Assembly (NCBI GenBank): GCA_945873195.1
Contig: CAMCDA010000004.1
Span: 1,923-65,922 of the forward strand
DNA from: Asaia bogorensis
Lineage (GTDB): Bacteria > Pseudomonadota > Alphaproteobacteria > Acetobacterales > Acetobacteraceae
Reading direction: 5' to 3'
Length of the DNA: 64,000 nt
Part shown: one piece after another, positions 45,359 through 55,524 of the stretch
Layout: each line of letters begins with the position of its first letter
Numbering within the stretch: position 1 is the stretch's first letter
The notes under the pieces: generated by a model
Database searches by the model: none
Told to the model about the DNA's origin: nothing
The model's input: only the letters and a program-made list of their open reading frames with translations
Translations under genes and position numbers: made by a program

Positions 45359-46150
45359 ATGTCGAGCGCTCTTGAAATCGATCATGTCGGCATGCGCTTC
45401 GCCGCGAACGGACCGGCGGTGCTGGAAAGCGTCAGCCTGAAGGTCGCGCCCGGTGAATATGTCTCGGTGATAGGTCATTCCGGTTGCGGCAAGTCCACGC
45501 TGCTGAACATCGTGGCCGGCCTGCTGAAGGCGACGTCGGGCGGGGTCGTGCTGGACGGGACCGAGGTGAACGAGCCTGGCCCCGACCGCGCGGTGGTGTT
45601 CCAGAACCACTCGCTGCTGCCCTGGCTGACGTGTCGGGAAAACGTGCGCCTGGCCGTCGACCAGGTGTTCGGGCGCAGAAAGTCCCGCGCGGAACGGGCG
45701 GAATGGGTGGATGAGAACCTGGCCCTGGTCCGCATGATGCCCGCCGCCGACAAGCGCCCGCACGAAATCAGCGGCGGCATGAAGCAGCGGATCGGCATCG
45801 CCCGGGCGCTGGCAATGCAGCCGCGGGTGCTGCTGCTGGATGAGCCCTTCGGCGCGCTGGACGCCCTCACCCGAGCCCATCTCCAGGACCAGGTCATGGA
45901 AATCCACGCTCGGCTGAAAACCACCGTGATGATGATCACGCACGACGTGGATGAGGCCGTCCTGCTGTCGGACCGGATCGTCATGATGACAAACGGCCCG
46001 GATGCGACGATCGGCGAGATCCTGACCATCGACCTGTCGCGCCCCCGGGATCGGTTGGTCCTGTCGCGCGACCCGGCCTTCGTGGCGGCACGCGCCCGGG
46101 TGATGGGGTTCCTGTATGATCGCCACCGCGCGCCGGCGGAAGCGGCGTAG
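45359..46150 (+). CDS. Nitrate ABC ATP-binding protein (NrtD/NasD-like)
   Basis: GHSGCGKST, ISGGMKQR, LLDEPFGALDALTR. Confidence 0.9.
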   Translation: MSSALEIDHVGMRFAANGPAVLESVSLKVAPGEYVSVIGHSGCGKSTLLNIVAGLLKATSGGVVLDGTEVNEPGPDRAVVFQNHSLLPWLTCRENVRLAVDQVFGRRKSRAERAEWVDENLALVRMMPAADKRPHEISGGMKQRIGIARALAMQPRVLLLDEPFGALDALTRAHLQDQVMEIHARLKTTVMMITHDVDEAVLLSDRIVMMTNGPDATIGEILTIDLSRPRDRLVLSRDPAFVAARARVMGFLYDRHRAPAEAA

Positions 46151-46153
46151 CGC

Positions 46154-46380
46154 TGGGGTTTCACCCCAGACCCCGTAAGGGGCTTTGCCCCTTAACCCCA
46201 CCAAAGGCCTAGGCCTTTGGAAACCACTCCGTTGGGAGGAATTGAGGAGGGGCCAACCGTGACCGTGCCAGGTCCGTGTTGGCCCCTCCTCAATTCCCCC
46301 CAATCCAATGGTTCCAAGGGCGAGCCCTTGGTGGGGGGCGAGGGGGCAAAGCCCCTCGCGGGGTTTGGGGCGGAGCCCCA
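46154..46380. mobile_element. 227-bp nested palindromic element (REPIN/MITE-like)
   Basis: ~70-bp imperfect terminal inverted repeats (tggggtttcaccccagacccc...ggggtttggggcggagcccca) plus an inner ~25-bp inverted pair (ttgggaggaattgaggagggccaac / gttggcccctcctcaattccccccaa). Confidence 0.65.
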
Positions 46381-46456
46381 TCGCTACCGCCATTGCCGCC
46401 GACGTGGGGTGCGGCCATTCTGGTGCCCTATGAACCCATAGGGATGCGTCCAGTCC

Positions 46457-47512
46457 ATGCCTGACAACATTGCGCTGATTGCCGGTGCCACCGGTGCCGC
46501 TGCCTCGCGCCTGACCGAGTTGATTGCCTTGACGCCTGGGTGGAAGGTGGTCGGCCTTTGTCGCAATCCGCCGGCCAATCCGCCGCCGGCGAATGTGCGC
46601 TACATCCGCACGGATCTCATGAGCCCGGAGTCCTGCAAAGCTGCCGTGGCCGCGGCGGGCGCTGTGACGCATGTCGTCTATGCCTCGCGCGCGCCGTTTG
46701 GAGAGGGCGGGGTTGAGGACGTGCCGCTGAACGTCGCGATGGTGCGGAATCTGCTGGATGCGGCGGAGACTCCGGCGCTGAAGCATGTGCATTTGCTGGA
46801 GGGGGGCAAGTGGTATGGGCTGCATCTCGGCCCGATGCTGAGCCCGACGCGGGAGGATGATCCGCGGCACATGCCGCCCAATTTCTACTATGACCAGCAG
46901 GATTTCCTTACGTCGCGCCGGGTTGGCAAGGCGTGGACCTGGTCGGCGAGCCGCCCGCAGTATCTGGTCGATGTGGAACCGGGGCGGCCGCGCAATCTGG
47001 TGACCGTTGTTGGCGCCTATGCCGCGATTTGCCGTGAGATGAACGCGGCGTTTGATTTTCCGGGGAAGTTGGCCTCGTATCATGCGCTGACCGAGGTCAC
47101 GGACTGCACGATGCTGGGGCGGTTCATCTTTTGGGCGATGACGGAACCGAAAGCCGCTGACCAGGCCTTCAACATCACCAATGGTGACACATTCCGGTGG
47201 AATCGGCTTTGGCCGCGGCTCGCTGATTATTTCGGTTTGAAGATGGGCATCGTGCGGACGGTGAAGCTGGAACGCTGGATGGCGGACAAGGGGCCGGTCT
47301 GGCAACGGATCGCCGAACGTCATGGGCTGCGGTACTCGAACATGGATGATGTCGCGCTGTGGCCTTATGGCGATTTCGTCTGGGGCATCGACTACGATAT
47401 CGTTTCCAGCATGAGTCGGGCGCGCGAAGCGGGGTTCACCGGATATGAAGACTCCGAGGATCAGTTCATCCGTCATATCGAGGCTTATCGTTCATTGAAG
47501 GTGCTGCCCTGA
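46457..47512 (+). CDS. PRISE-family SDR (progesterone 5-beta-reductase/iridoid synthase-like)
   Basis: GATGAAA, GGKWYG, PNFYYDQQD, FNITNGD.FRW. Confidence 0.8.
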   Translation: MPDNIALIAGATGAAASRLTELIALTPGWKVVGLCRNPPANPPPANVRYIRTDLMSPESCKAAVAAAGAVTHVVYASRAPFGEGGVEDVPLNVAMVRNLLDAAETPALKHVHLLEGGKWYGLHLGPMLSPTREDDPRHMPPNFYYDQQDFLTSRRVGKAWTWSASRPQYLVDVEPGRPRNLVTVVGAYAAICREMNAAFDFPGKLASYHALTEVTDCTMLGRFIFWAMTEPKAADQAFNITNGDTFRWNRLWPRLADYFGLKMGIVRTVKLERWMADKGPVWQRIAERHGLRYSNMDDVALWPYGDFVWGIDYDIVSSMSRAREAGFTGYEDSEDQFIRHIEAYRSLKVLP

Positions 47513-48180
47513 TGGCGCTTCTTGGCAAGGCGACGCTTGGCGTCTGGAACGAGGTTGATCCCGCGATCGAGGATTCTTTCAACGATTGGTACGTCCGCGA
47601 ACATATCCCCGAGCGCGTGTCGGTGCCTGGAATGCTGCGTGGGCGGCGGTATCGCGCGGATGTGGGAACGCCGCGGTACATGGCGTTGTATGAGGCCTCG
47701 ACGCTGGATGTTCTGACAACGGGACATTATCGTTGGCAACTGGATCATCCGACGCCCTGGACCAGCTATGTGATGCCCGGGTTCCGGGTGGCGCAGCGCG
47801 GGATTTGTGACGTGCTGGCGACGGCGGGGGACGGGATCGGGGGCGTGGCGACGGTCATCCATTTCTCGGCCGAGGATCGATTTCGGCCCTGGCTGGAACA
47901 GCGGGTTGCTGAACTACCGGGGATGCGGCAGGTGCTGGCGGCGCATGCCTGGGCGGGATCGTCGGGGGAGCCGAAAAGCCCCACCACGGAACTGGCGCTG
48001 CGCGCCGCGCCGGATCGCGGCATTGAATGGGTGCTGATGATCGAGGCGAGCGAGCCCTCCGCCATCGATGCCGCGCGGGAAGCCGTGCTGGCCGCCGATC
48101 CCAAGGCGCATGGGGCAACCGATATTCGTCCCTACCCGACGTATCGGCTGCTCTACACGTTGAATGGAACGCCGGCATGA
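47512..48180 (+). CDS. Hypothetical dimeric alpha/beta-barrel protein
   Basis: FNDWYVREHIPERVSVPG...YMALYE. Confidence 0.7.
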   Translation: MALLGKATLGVWNEVDPAIEDSFNDWYVREHIPERVSVPGMLRGRRYRADVGTPRYMALYEASTLDVLTTGHYRWQLDHPTPWTSYVMPGFRVAQRGICDVLATAGDGIGGVATVIHFSAEDRFRPWLEQRVAELPGMRQVLAAHAWAGSSGEPKSPTTELALRAAPDRGIEWVLMIEASEPSAIDAAREAVLAADPKAHGATDIRPYPTYRLLYTLNGTPA

Positions 48181-48881
48181 GCGTCGTTGATGAACTCAAG
48201 GCCAGCATCAAGGTCTGCATGTTCGACCAGTATGGGACGGTCGTGGATATGCAGGGCGGGTTGGTTGAATACGCGACGCCGTTTCTGAAGGAGAAGGGTT
48301 GGACGGGCAATCCGAACTCCTTCGTCACCTGGTGGCGGCGGACGCATTACGAGAACTCGATGATCGATGCGCTGCTGCATCGGGAGCACACGCCCTATCG
48401 GGAAATCGGCCACCGCGCCGTCGCGCATGTGATGAACCGCGCCGGTATCCAACACACGATGGACGAGGTCCGTGACCTGGTCGCCGCCATCGAACGCCTG
48501 CGCTGCTTTCCGGAGGTTCCGGCGGCGCTGACGACGTTGCAGACCCGGTTCAAGCTGGTGGTGCTGTCGAACGGCGATCCGGACATGCTGGAGACGGCCA
48601 AGCGGTATCACGGGTTTCCGTTCGACCGCGTGATCTCGGTGGCCGAGGCGAACTCGTTCAAGCCACATGTCGCGACCTACACCAAGGCCGCGGAATTGAT
48701 CGGTCTGCCGATGGAGCAGATCCTGTTCGTGGCGAACCATGAATTCGATTGCGTGGGCGCGAAGTCAGCGGGGATGCGGACAGCCTTCATCGACCGGCGG
48801 GAACGGCCGTTCGGAGCCGGGCCGCATCAGCCGGATATCATCGTGCGGACGATGACGCATCTGGCGGAGTTGTTGGTTTAG
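48177..48881 (+). CDS. Haloacid dehalogenase type II
   Basis: FDQYGTVVD, LSNG, FKPH...Y, FVANHEFD; ATGA overlap. Confidence 0.88.
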   Translation: MSVVDELKASIKVCMFDQYGTVVDMQGGLVEYATPFLKEKGWTGNPNSFVTWWRRTHYENSMIDALLHREHTPYREIGHRAVAHVMNRAGIQHTMDEVRDLVAAIERLRCFPEVPAALTTLQTRFKLVVLSNGDPDMLETAKRYHGFPFDRVISVAEANSFKPHVATYTKAAELIGLPMEQILFVANHEFDCVGAKSAGMRTAFIDRRERPFGAGPHQPDIIVRTMTHLAELLV

Positions 48882-48922
48882 TATCAAATGGTATCATAAT
48901 CGAGTCTCCGCCCCAACCACCC

Positions 48923-49071
48923 CGTCATGATGGCCCCCCGGGTCCGGCGAAGAGCCGGCCCGAGGACAGGCTCCGGGCCACCACCCACAACTTGCGTGTG
49001 CAGAACAGGGGGGAGTCGCGGGTGCCGGGCTGGAGCCTGCCCTCGGGCTGGACCCGAGGGCCCGGCACGAC
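48923..49071. repeat. Two oppositely oriented REP-like palindromes between convergent genes
   Basis: Shared core CCCGAGG(A/G)CAGGCTCC at 48959-74 (+) and 49031-46 (-), each set inside a longer hairpin. Confidence 0.65.
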
Positions 49072-49081
49072 GAAATTCAGG

Positions 49082-50002
49082 CTACAGCCCCACCAACCCC
49101 CGCGCAAAATCATTCGCGTCAAACGGCCGCAGGTCGGCGGCCTTCTCCCCCACGCCCACCGCATGCACCGGCAGCCCGAACGTCTCGGCCAGGGCAACCA
49201 CGATACCGCCGCGGGCGCTGCCATCCAGCTTGGTGACCACAAGCCCGGTCACGTCCACCATTTCCTTGAACACCTTCACCTGCTGCACGGCGTTCTGCCC
49301 CGTCGTCGCGTCCAGCACCAACAGCACCGTATGCGGAACGGTTTCATCCTGCTTGCGCAACACACGGATGATCTTCCGCAACTCCTCCATAAGCGCGTTC
49401 TTGTTGTGCAGCCGCCCCGCGGTATCGACCAGCAGCACATCCGCCTGGTCCGTCCGCGCCCGCGTCAGCGCATCGAACGCCAGCCCCGCCGAGTCCGCGT
49501 TCTGCCCGCCGGAGATCACCGGCGCACCCGTCCGTTCGCCCCAGATCTGCAACTGCTCCACGGCCGCGGCGCGGAATGTATCGCCGGCGCACAGGACGAC
49601 CCGCTTGCCCTCGTCCTTGTAGAGCTGAGCCAGCTTGCCGATCGTCGTGGTCTTGCCGGTGCCGTTGACGCCGACGACCAGCACGACATGCGGCTTCTTC
49701 GCCGGGTCCAGCACCAGGGGCAGCGCGACGGGGGTCAGGATCGCGGCAATTTCCTCGGACAGCGCCTGCTTGATTTCCTCGTCCGTGACCTCCTTGCCGA
49801 AGCGCGTGCGGCGGAACTCGGCGATCACACGCTTGGCCGCGTCGACGCCCAGATCTGCGCCGAGCAGGAGGTCTTCCAGTTCTTCGAGCGCCTCATCATC
49901 CAGGCGGCGCTTCTTGAAGACCGCGGTGATGCTTTCCGTGATCTTCGCGGTGCTGCGGGACAGGCCCTCCTTCAGCCGGGAGAAAAATCCACCAAGAGCC
50001 AT
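49082..50002 (-). CDS. ftsY: SRP receptor FtsY
   Basis: GVNGTGKTTT, DTFRAAA, DTAGRL, TKLDGSARGG. Confidence 0.97.
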   Translation of the reverse strand: MALGGFFSRLKEGLSRSTAKITESITAVFKKRRLDDEALEELEDLLLGADLGVDAAKRVIAEFRRTRFGKEVTDEEIKQALSEEIAAILTPVALPLVLDPAKKPHVVLVVGVNGTGKTTTIGKLAQLYKDEGKRVVLCAGDTFRAAAVEQLQIWGERTGAPVISGGQNADSAGLAFDALTRARTDQADVLLVDTAGRLHNKNALMEELRKIIRVLRKQDETVPHTVLLVLDATTGQNAVQQVKVFKEMVDVTGLVVTKLDGSARGGIVVALAETFGLPVHAVGVGEKAADLRPFDANDFARGLVGL

Positions 50003-51231
50003 CAGGCCGCCTCCGCCAACAAACCGTCGAGTGTGGCGCCGGTAACCCGGGCCGGAATCAGTCGTCCGGCCGCGACCGGCGCGGACAGGCGGACAGGGGC
50101 GAAATGCTCACTATGGCCGGTGTCACCGGTTTCGGTCAGCAACGAAACAACCCGGCCAAACTGCGCCGCGTAGAAACGTTCGGCGGAAAGCTGGCCCGCC
50201 GACCTCAGCAGCGCCGCCCGCGCCTTGCGATCGGGCTTGGGGATCGCCGGCATGCGCGCGGCGGGGGTGCCCGGACGCTCGCTATAGGGAAACACATGCA
50301 GGAACGGCAGGTCGGCTTCGGTCACGAAGGCGAGCGTCTCGGCAAACAAATCGTCCGTCTCGGTCGGGAAGCCGGCGATCAGGTCGGCGCCGATGGCGAT
50401 GCCAGGCCGCAGCGCTCGCGCCCGGTCGATCACCGCCCGCGCATCCGTCGTCAGATGCCGCCGCTTCATCCGCTTCAGGATCATGTCGCTGCCGGCCTGC
50501 AATGAAAGATGCAGATGCGGCATCAGCCGAGGCTCCGTCTCCAGCAGTCGCCAGATGTCATCGTCGATCGCGGCCGGGTCGATCGAGGACAGCCGTAACC
50601 GCGGCAACTCCGGCACCAAGGCCAGCATCCGCCGCGTCATCTGCCCAAGCGTCGGCCGCCCCGGCAGATCGGCGCCGTAGGAGGCGATATCGACGCCGGT
50701 CAGCACGACCTCCCGATAGCCGGAGGCCACCAGCGCCCGCACCTGCTCCACGATCATGCCCACGGGCACCGACCGGTTGGGGCCACGTCCGAATGGGATG
50801 ATGCAGAACGTACACCGATGATCGCATCCCTGCTGCACCTGAACGAAGGCCCGCGCTCGGCCAGCGAACTCGGTTACCAGATGCGGCGCCGTTTCCCGCG
50901 CCGCCATAATGTCGGACACCGCACTGGGCGCGCCGACCAGCCAGCTTTCCGGCTTCAGCTTGTCCTCGTTGCCCAGGACGCGGTCGACATTCGGCAAGGC
51001 GGACCACTTCGCCGGATCGATCTGCGCGGCGCAGCCGGTGACGACGATGCGCGCGTCCGGCCGTTCCCGCGCCAGCTTCCGGATCGCCTGGCGCGCCTGG
51101 CGCTCAGCCTCGCCGGTCACGGCGCAGGTATTGACGATGATCGTGTCGGTCAGGGCGGAGGCATGATCGCGCATGACCTCGCTCTCATAGGCGTTCAAAC
51201 GGCAGCCGAAGGTGAGGACCTCAACCGTCAT
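50002..51231 (-). CDS. mtaB: tRNA methylthiotransferase MtaB
   Basis: [25 protein letters not shown] radical-SAM motif; dapF-mtaB-ftsY synteny. Confidence 0.95.
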   Translation of the reverse strand: MTVEVLTFGCRLNAYESEVMRDHASALTDTIIVNTCAVTGEAERQARQAIRKLARERPDARIVVTGCAAQIDPAKWSALPNVDRVLGNEDKLKPESWLVGAPSAVSDIMAARETAPHLVTEFAGRARAFVQVQQGCDHRCTFCIIPFGRGPNRSVPVGMIVEQVRALVASGYREVVLTGVDIASYGADLPGRPTLGQMTRRMLALVPELPRLRLSSIDPAAIDDDIWRLLETEPRLMPHLHLSLQAGSDMILKRMKRRHLTTDARAVIDRARALRPGIAIGADLIAGFPTETDDLFAETLAFVTEADLPFLHVFPYSERPGTPAARMPAIPKPDRKARAALLRSAGQLSAERFYAAQFGRVVSLLTETGDTGHSEHFAPVRLSAPVAAGRLIPARVTGATLDGLLAEAA

Positions 51232-52058
51232 GCGGGGTAGTTGTCCAACTCGACCTCACCCGTGAAGGACGTGGCGACCGGGCCTGTCATCAGGACATGG
51301 CCGTCGTCACGCCATGCCATCTCCAGCTCGCCTCCATCCACCAGCACGGTCGCACGCCGTCCGGTCAGGCCGCGGCGGGCAGCGTTGACCATGGCCGCGC
51401 AGGCGCCGGAACCGCAGGCGAGCGTCAGCCCCGCACCCCGCTCCCAGACCCGCAGCCGGAACCGGTCGGGGGCGAGCACCTGCACGAACCCGATATTGGC
51501 CCTTTGCGGAAAGATCGGATCGGTCTCCAAAGACGGCCCGATCTCGGCAATCCTGACGGCGTCCATGTCGGGCACGAAGAAGGTCGCGTGCGGGTTGCCC
51601 ATGCTGGCCGCCGCCGGATCGCGCACGTCCCCGCGCGCCAGGTCCAGATGCAGCGTGTCCATCGGGCGGGCGAGCGGCACGTCCGCCCAGTCCAGCCGCA
51701 CCGCGCCCATGTCCACGCGGACGCGGCCGTCGGGCAGGAGTTCGGACGGCAGGTCGCCAGAGATCGTGCGGATGATTTGCGCCCGCCGGCCGGTTTCCGT
51801 GGCCAGCAGCCAGGCGACGCAGCGGGTGGCGTTGCCGCAGGCGCCGGCCTCGGTTCCATCCGGGTTGCGGATGCGCATGAAGGCGTCGGCGCCGGGGGGC
51901 GGAGGCTCGATCACGATGAACTGGTCGCAGCCGATGCCCGTCCAGCGATTCGCCAAGCCGGCGGCCCTCCGTTGGGTCAGGCCGAGCGGATGGGCGCGTT
52001 CGTCGAAGATGACGAAATCGTTCCCGCAGCCATGCATCTTGATAAAGCGCGCGCGCAT
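51228..52058 (-). CDS. dapF: Diaminopimelate epimerase
   Basis: [33 protein letters not shown]. Confidence 0.97.
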   Translation of the reverse strand: MRARFIKMHGCGNDFVIFDERAHPLGLTQRRAAGLANRWTGIGCDQFIVIEPPPPGADAFMRIRNPDGTEAGACGNATRCVAWLLATETGRRAQIIRTISGDLPSELLPDGRVRVDMGAVRLDWADVPLARPMDTLHLDLARGDVRDPAAASMGNPHATFFVPDMDAVRIAEIGPSLETDPIFPQRANIGFVQVLAPDRFRLRVWERGAGLTLACGSGACAAMVNAARRGLTGRRATVLVDGGELEMAWRDDGHVLMTGPVATSFTGEVELDNYPA

Positions 52059-52185
52059 CAGGGGCATATAGGCGAGGGCGGGGCGGAATGCCATCGGGGC
52101 CTTGGACACGTCGATTGCCGCACATCCCCCGATGACAGCCCGCCCGATCCAGGGCACCTTTCAACGACACACAGGGAGCCGCCGG

Positions 52186-53097
52186 ATGGACCCGAATCTC
52201 GTGACCTACTCTCCGATCCTGAGCCGGCCGCAACTGCGCTGGCCGAATGGCGCGCGCGTCGCGGTCTGGATCGTGCCGAATATCGAGCACTACGAATACC
52301 AACCGAAATACCAGCGCATCCGCGATCCCTGGCCTCGGTCGCCGCATCCGGACGTGCTTGGCTATGCCCAGCGCGACTACGGGAACCGCGTCGGCCTGTG
52401 GCGCCTGTTCGACCTGACGGATGAATTCAACATCCCGTGCACCGTCAGCCTGTCGATGACGGTCATCCAGCATTACCCGGCGATCCTGGAGGCGATGGAA
52501 AAGCGCAACTGGGAACTGATGTCTCACGGCATCTACAACACGCGCTACCACTGGAACTTCACGCCCGACGAAGAACGGGCCGCCATGCTGGAAAGCCGGG
52601 AAATCCATCGCCGCCTGACCGGCCGGGAGCAGAAGGGCTGGTTCAGCCCCGCCATCACCAACACGATGAACACCTTCGAACTCGCGGCCGAATGCGGCTA
52701 CGAATACACGGCCGATCTGTATCACGATGACCAGCCGTTTCCGCTGAACGTGAAGTCCGGCAAGTTCGTCTCGATCCCGTATTCCGTCGACAACAACGAC
52801 GTGATCCTGCATCGGCGCGGGGAGGAGACGGCCGACTTCGTCCGCCAGATCAAGGACCATTTCGACACGGTCTATGAGGAAGGCGCCGAACAGGGCCGGG
52901 TGATGTGCATCGCGCTGCATCCCTATTGGGTGGGCCAGCCGCATCGCATCCGGCTGTTCCGCCAGGCGCTGGAATACATCATGTCGCACTCGGGCGTCTG
53001 GGTAACGACCGGCGGGGCGATCGTCGATCACTTCAACACGCATCATCGCGCCGCGATCGACGCGCATCTCGCCGCGCGGGAGGCCGCCAATGGTTGA
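52186..53097 (+). CDS. Polysaccharide deacetylase / PuuE allantoinase-like, paralogue 1
   Basis: PNIEHYE, DYGNRVGLWR, SHG, ALHP...GQPHR. Confidence 0.85.
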   Translation: MDPNLVTYSPILSRPQLRWPNGARVAVWIVPNIEHYEYQPKYQRIRDPWPRSPHPDVLGYAQRDYGNRVGLWRLFDLTDEFNIPCTVSLSMTVIQHYPAILEAMEKRNWELMSHGIYNTRYHWNFTPDEERAAMLESREIHRRLTGREQKGWFSPAITNTMNTFELAAECGYEYTADLYHDDQPFPLNVKSGKFVSIPYSVDNNDVILHRRGEETADFVRQIKDHFDTVYEEGAEQGRVMCIALHPYWVGQPHRIRLFRQALEYIMSHSGVWVTTGGAIVDHFNTHHRAAIDAHLAAREAANG

Positions 53098-54022
53098 GTT
53101 CAAGACTACCAACATCCCGCCGGTTGATGAACGCCGCGATGCCGGCATGGATCACGACCATTACCCGTTCCGCACCCTGGTCGATGCCCCAAAGATGCAA
53201 TGGCCCGGCAAGGCGCGGATCGCCATGACGGTGACGCTGATGCTCGACTATTGGGAGCTCGATCCCCCCGCGGATGCCAGCCCCGATCCGCGCGTGGTCT
53301 CGCCGCTCGGCAAATTCCATCCCGACTGGCTGACCTGGAGCCAGCGTGAATACGGCAACCGCGTCGGTATCTTCCGCGTCCTGCGCGTGCTGGACCAGTT
53401 CGGCCTGGTGCCATCCGTGGCCTTGGGCACCGAGGCGGTGCGGCGCTATCCGGAACTGGTGGACGAACTGGTGCGGCGCGATGCGTGCTTCATGGCGCAC
53501 GGCGATTTCGCCACGCGCCGCCTGACCAGCCGGATGACGGCGGAGCAGGAGCGGTCGGTCATCATCGCCTCCCGCGATGCGATCGCCGCGGTTGCCGGCG
53601 CGCCTCCGGCTGGCTGGTGCGGGCAGGACCACAACGAATCCTGGGATACGCCCGCCTTCCTGACCGAGGCCGGCTTCACCTACACCGCCGACTGGTCGAA
53701 CGATGATCGCCCCTTCCTGCTCGGCCCCTATGGCGGGAAGTCCCTGGTGGCGCTGCCGGCCCAGGCGGAGTGGAACGACCTTGAATGCATGTGGCTGCGC
53801 CGCGTTACGGCGCCGGTCTGGTCGGACTGCCTGGTGGAGGCGTTTCAGGTGCTCCATGCCGAGGGCGGCGGGGTGTTCAACCTGACCCTGCACCCCTGGA
53901 TCACCGGACAGGCGCACCGCATCCGCTATCTGCGGGACGCGCTGCACCGGATCATGGGCACGCCCGGCCTATGGCGCGCGACCTCGGATCAGGTCGCGGC
54001 GGAGTCTCGGCCCCAGCTGTAA
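53090..54022 (+). CDS. Polysaccharide deacetylase / PuuE-like, paralogue 2
   Basis: EYGNRVGIFR, AHG, TLHPWITGQAHR; 8-nt overlap with paralogue 1. Confidence 0.82.
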   Translation: MVEFKTTNIPPVDERRDAGMDHDHYPFRTLVDAPKMQWPGKARIAMTVTLMLDYWELDPPADASPDPRVVSPLGKFHPDWLTWSQREYGNRVGIFRVLRVLDQFGLVPSVALGTEAVRRYPELVDELVRRDACFMAHGDFATRRLTSRMTAEQERSVIIASRDAIAAVAGAPPAGWCGQDHNESWDTPAFLTEAGFTYTADWSNDDRPFLLGPYGGKSLVALPAQAEWNDLECMWLRRVTAPVWSDCLVEAFQVLHAEGGGVFNLTLHPWITGQAHRIRYLRDALHRIMGTPGLWRATSDQVAAESRPQL

Positions 54023-54023
54023 T

Positions 54024-54428
54024 TCAGGGACGAGGAGGCGGGAGGCCGGACTTGGTCACCGCCTCGGCTTCCTTCTCATCCTTCGCCAGCATCCAGCCCA
54101 GGGTGTACATGCAATCGACCCGGGCCGCGCGCCGGCCCTCGGCGTTGTGGTCGATGGTCTGGAACAACGGCGGTACCCAATAGCCGCCGGTTGTCTGGCA
54201 TTGCGTCTGGTTGTTGACCGTGGAGCAGCGGCGCTGCGGCGGCACGAAATACTCGGGCCGGACCAGCACCTGCTGCAGCACGGGAGGGAACCGCGCATGG
54301 CTTTCCGCGTTGCAGCGGGCCAGCGTGGCATCCCGTTCGATCTGCGTGCCGCCCGGCTTCGCCCAGTGTTCGGCGCAGCCGGCCAGCGACAGTATCGCGA
54401 GCAGGGACAGCCCAGCCCGCCGGATCAC
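54024..54428 (-). CDS. Hypothetical lipoprotein
   Basis: Lipobox LAGC; Cys pairs. Confidence 0.7.
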   Translation of the reverse strand: MIRRAGLSLLAILSLAGCAEHWAKPGGTQIERDATLARCNAESHARFPPVLQQVLVRPEYFVPPQRRCSTVNNQTQCQTTGGYWVPPLFQTIDHNAEGRRAARVDCMYTLGWMLAKDEKEAEAVTKSGLPPPRP

Positions 54429-54441
54429 GAATGTCCCTTTG

Positions 54442-55446
54442 TCATTCCGCCTTCATGTTCAGTTTCTTGATCAATGCCGCGTATTGATCATTATCAGACC
54501 GCAATGTTTTTGCCAATTGCTCCGGGGAACTCGGGTTGGGCTTCAGCGCCAGCCTGCGGAACTGCGTGATCAGCTCCGGGTCCTCCGCGATCTTTGCCAT
54601 GGTCGCGGCCAGCTTCGCGATGATCGGATCCGGTGTGCCGGCCGGCGCGAACAGCCCGAACCAGGCGTAGAAGTCGATCTCGGGGTAGAATTCCTGCAAT
54701 AATGGCACATTCGGATAGTCGGGATGGCGTTGCCGATCCAGCACCGCCAACAGCTTGCCCTTGCCCGCCGCCAGATGCGGGAAGGTGTTGGCGTCGGCAT
54801 GGATCTGATGCACCCCCCCCAGGAAGTCCGAGAGGGATTCGGCACCGCCCTTATAGGGGACGTGCAGGATGTCCACACCGGCCGCGGCCTTGAACGCCTC
54901 ACACATCATGTGACCCTGCGAGCCGATGCCCGCGGTGCCCCAGCTCAGCTTGCCAGGATTGGCCTTGGCATAGGCCACCAGCTCGGGGATCGTGTTGGCC
55001 GGGATCGAGGGGTGCAGCGCGAACAGCAGCGTGCCGTCGGTAAAGCGCGACACCGGTTTCAGGTCAGTGAAGATGTCGATGGGCAGCTTGCGCAGATTGG
55101 GCAGGACCGTCACCGTCAGGGACGGCGTGGCAACGAAGGTGTAGCCATCGGGGGTGGAGCGTACCGCCGCCTCCAACCCCAGCGCGCCGGACGCGCCGCC
55201 GCGGTTGTCGATCACGAATTGCTGGCCCATCACCTTCGACAGCCGTTCGGCGAAGGGCCGCATGGCATTGTCCGTGGAACCACCAGGCGCGAAATTGACG
55301 ATGATCTTGACCACCTTGTTGGGCCAGGTGTCGGCGGACTGGGCTTGAACCCGGGCGAGCGGCGCCGTGGCGGCAGCGGCCGCCATCCCAGCCGTAACGG
55401 AACGACGTGATAGCAAATTAGCCTCCCTGGTTAGTGTCTGATGCAC
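54442..55446 (-). CDS. Bug/TctC tripartite tricarboxylate transporter substrate-binding protein
   Basis: WPNKVVKIIVNFAPGGSTD, NRGGASG, HVPYKGG, WFGLFAPAGTP. Confidence 0.92.
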   Translation of the reverse strand: MHQTLTREANLLSRRSVTAGMAAAAATAPLARVQAQSADTWPNKVVKIIVNFAPGGSTDNAMRPFAERLSKVMGQQFVIDNRGGASGALGLEAAVRSTPDGYTFVATPSLTVTVLPNLRKLPIDIFTDLKPVSRFTDGTLLFALHPSIPANTIPELVAYAKANPGKLSWGTAGIGSQGHMMCEAFKAAAGVDILHVPYKGGAESLSDFLGGVHQIHADANTFPHLAAGKGKLLAVLDRQRHPDYPNVPLLQEFYPEIDFYAWFGLFAPAGTPDPIIAKLAATMAKIAEDPELITQFRRLALKPNPSSPEQLAKTLRSDNDQYAALIKKLNMKAE

Positions 55447-55524
55447 TGGTTTCGCGGGTGTGTTCCGCGTCCGGGGAGGTTAGGGGACAGAATGGCGCCA
55501 TGTCACGAAGTTTGGCGCATCAGG

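Noticed and set aside
42188-46380. CRISPR array from the short repeats and palindromes
   Set aside because: Only 2-3 units, no unique spacers of constant length, and no cas genes
44438-47476. 1012-aa minus-strand ORF and other long antisense ORFs (e.g. 1735-3855, 36098-37855, 51307-53148, 60728-62482)
   Set aside because: Shadow ORFs opposite well-supported genes in high-GC DNA; no motifs
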